A DNA stretch of 62,843 bases, filler included, from Sphacelaria rigidula (taxonomy: Eukaryota), in assembly GCA_964200075.2 (NCBI GenBank). It is 5 parts of 5 records of this genome, joined end to end, with 100 filler letters (N's around TTAATTAATTAA, not from the genome) between each part and the next. Parts side by side here need not be neighbours in the genome. Positions count along the whole stretch, not along the records: positions 50,357 to 62,843 come from CAXNAA020003709.1; 4 more parts are not named here. The stretch is one strand, 5' to 3'. Made by a program: the position numbers and the translations under genes. Under the pieces are notes generated by a model. The model was not told the origin of the DNA. It worked only from the letters and a program-made list of their open reading frames with translations, and ran no database searches. Below, one piece after another: positions 61,500 to 62,843 of the stretch. How positions within the stretch are numbered: the stretch's first letter is position 1; each line of letters begins with the position of its first letter.

Positions 61500-62843
61500 C
61501 TTAGTCCCAATTGACGCAGCTCAGAACAAAATGCGGTGCTCTCTCTAGACAAATGGACACACCATCCATGTGCTCGTCCAAACACGTAGCAAGCCATCAA
61601 AAGACGTGCCACTGTTAAAGATCACTGTATTCGCGCACGATTTCATCTTCAACCACTGCACACATCAGTAACTTTCCAGCGAAAATCCACACATACATGC
61701 TAACATTTCACTCAGCAACTTCTTTGCAGAAACCATCATGTATCATGCGTGCTAATGAGGGCAGCACAACACGCAGATACCAACATCCGCGTATACGTCA
61801 GCATTTCCCCCAGCAAACGCAATACGATCATACTCGCTTAACCGTATACTTCATGCGCAAGCAGTAGCTCACATATGACCAGAAACCACACCACAACTAC
61901 CTACAATCGTCCACAAAACAGGTATACCAGTCATAATGTGCTTCCTCATTCTCAACAAGCAATCACACCAGTATTTTCTCCTCAACATCACCCCACCCAG
62001 CGCTCCCCACAACATTACGCACGTCAGATAATGTCTTCCTCGTAGCTCTCCCGCGCTCCCGAGAAACAGCAGCACTCCGGCTACAATCTCGTGCACACCA
62101 TAAAGCGACATCCCCACTCGGACAGTCGCTCCTCGCATCATACGTTCAGGTACGGCGCGCATAGCTCTCTCGGAAATCGGTGTTCGATGCCCACTGCAAG
62201 GCAGGTACCAAACCCACCAAGGTATAAATATCGCGCCTTCCCTCTTGCAACATGATCTTCAAGGTACGAACAATGCCACGCATCATTCCCTCACATTCAC
62301 GATGTGACACCACGAATCTGCGATCCATCAACGCCTCCTCGAGCGCTCTCACCACACGATTCTTAAATTAAGGTGCCGTATCCCTGACTAACCCCTCCGG
62401 CGGCCCCAGCGCTTTGTACCATGTCAACAGATGCTTCACCGTCGTCGCCGCCGTACAAGACACCGCGGGCTCCAACCGCACAAAGTTGCTCACGTCATCC
62501 ATCCTTGCCAATATGTACTTAAACCGATCTCCTTCGTCCAATCCACCATCTCCCAGCACTAAGAAAATTGAAATGCATCACCTCTCCCTGGCGGGTACAA
62601 TGCACCATCTCCTTGTGGGGACGGGGAATTTGCTCCCCCGCTTTGTAATCATTCCTCCGTCGGACACAGAATTTATTGGGACACTTTCTACGATAGCCCC
62701 CCCCCGAAACCATGAGTACGCCCCCTGAAACCAGCTGAAAGTATCACGAAAAAAATGGCCATACAGCGCCTGATGTTCGGTTTCAGGCTGCATTAAGCGC
62801 CTAATATTGGCGACATTGGCTAGAACGATCCCAAGCGTGGGAA
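61500..62843 (-). pseudogene. Ty3/gypsy integrase remnant
   Basis: YILARMDDVSNFVRLEP..HLLTWYKALGPPEGLVRDTAP..LVPALQWASNT resembles an rve core; many stops. Confidence 0.75.

Overview
Eukaryotic, transposon-dense DNA, most likely from a brown alga (inferred from long GT-AG introns and the retroelement/SINE repertoire). The window is five unrelated ~12.49 kb contigs (1-12491, 12592-25081, 25182-37669, 37770-50256, 50357-62843) joined by artificial 100-bp N/TTAATTAATTAA linkers, so adjacency across linkers is not biological. Contig 1 holds a decayed Ty3/gypsy element. Contig 2 is a nest of MITEs, a SINE, a LINE tail and a MITE-derived satellite. Contig 3 holds the one clear host gene, a 9-exon alpha/beta hydrolase. 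Contig 4 holds a decayed copia element and a gypsy element, itself interrupted by a solo LTR. Contig 5 holds a second copia copy interrupted by a foldback element, plus a gypsy integrase remnant. The standout is the contig-4 gypsy element. Its Pol carries a ~300-aa C5 DNA-methyltransferase-like domain in frame between RNase H and integrase, with the catalytic PC and ENV motifs apparently lost, and it ends in chromo-like and Tudor-like modules. All domain calls come from motif reading by eye; no database search was run.
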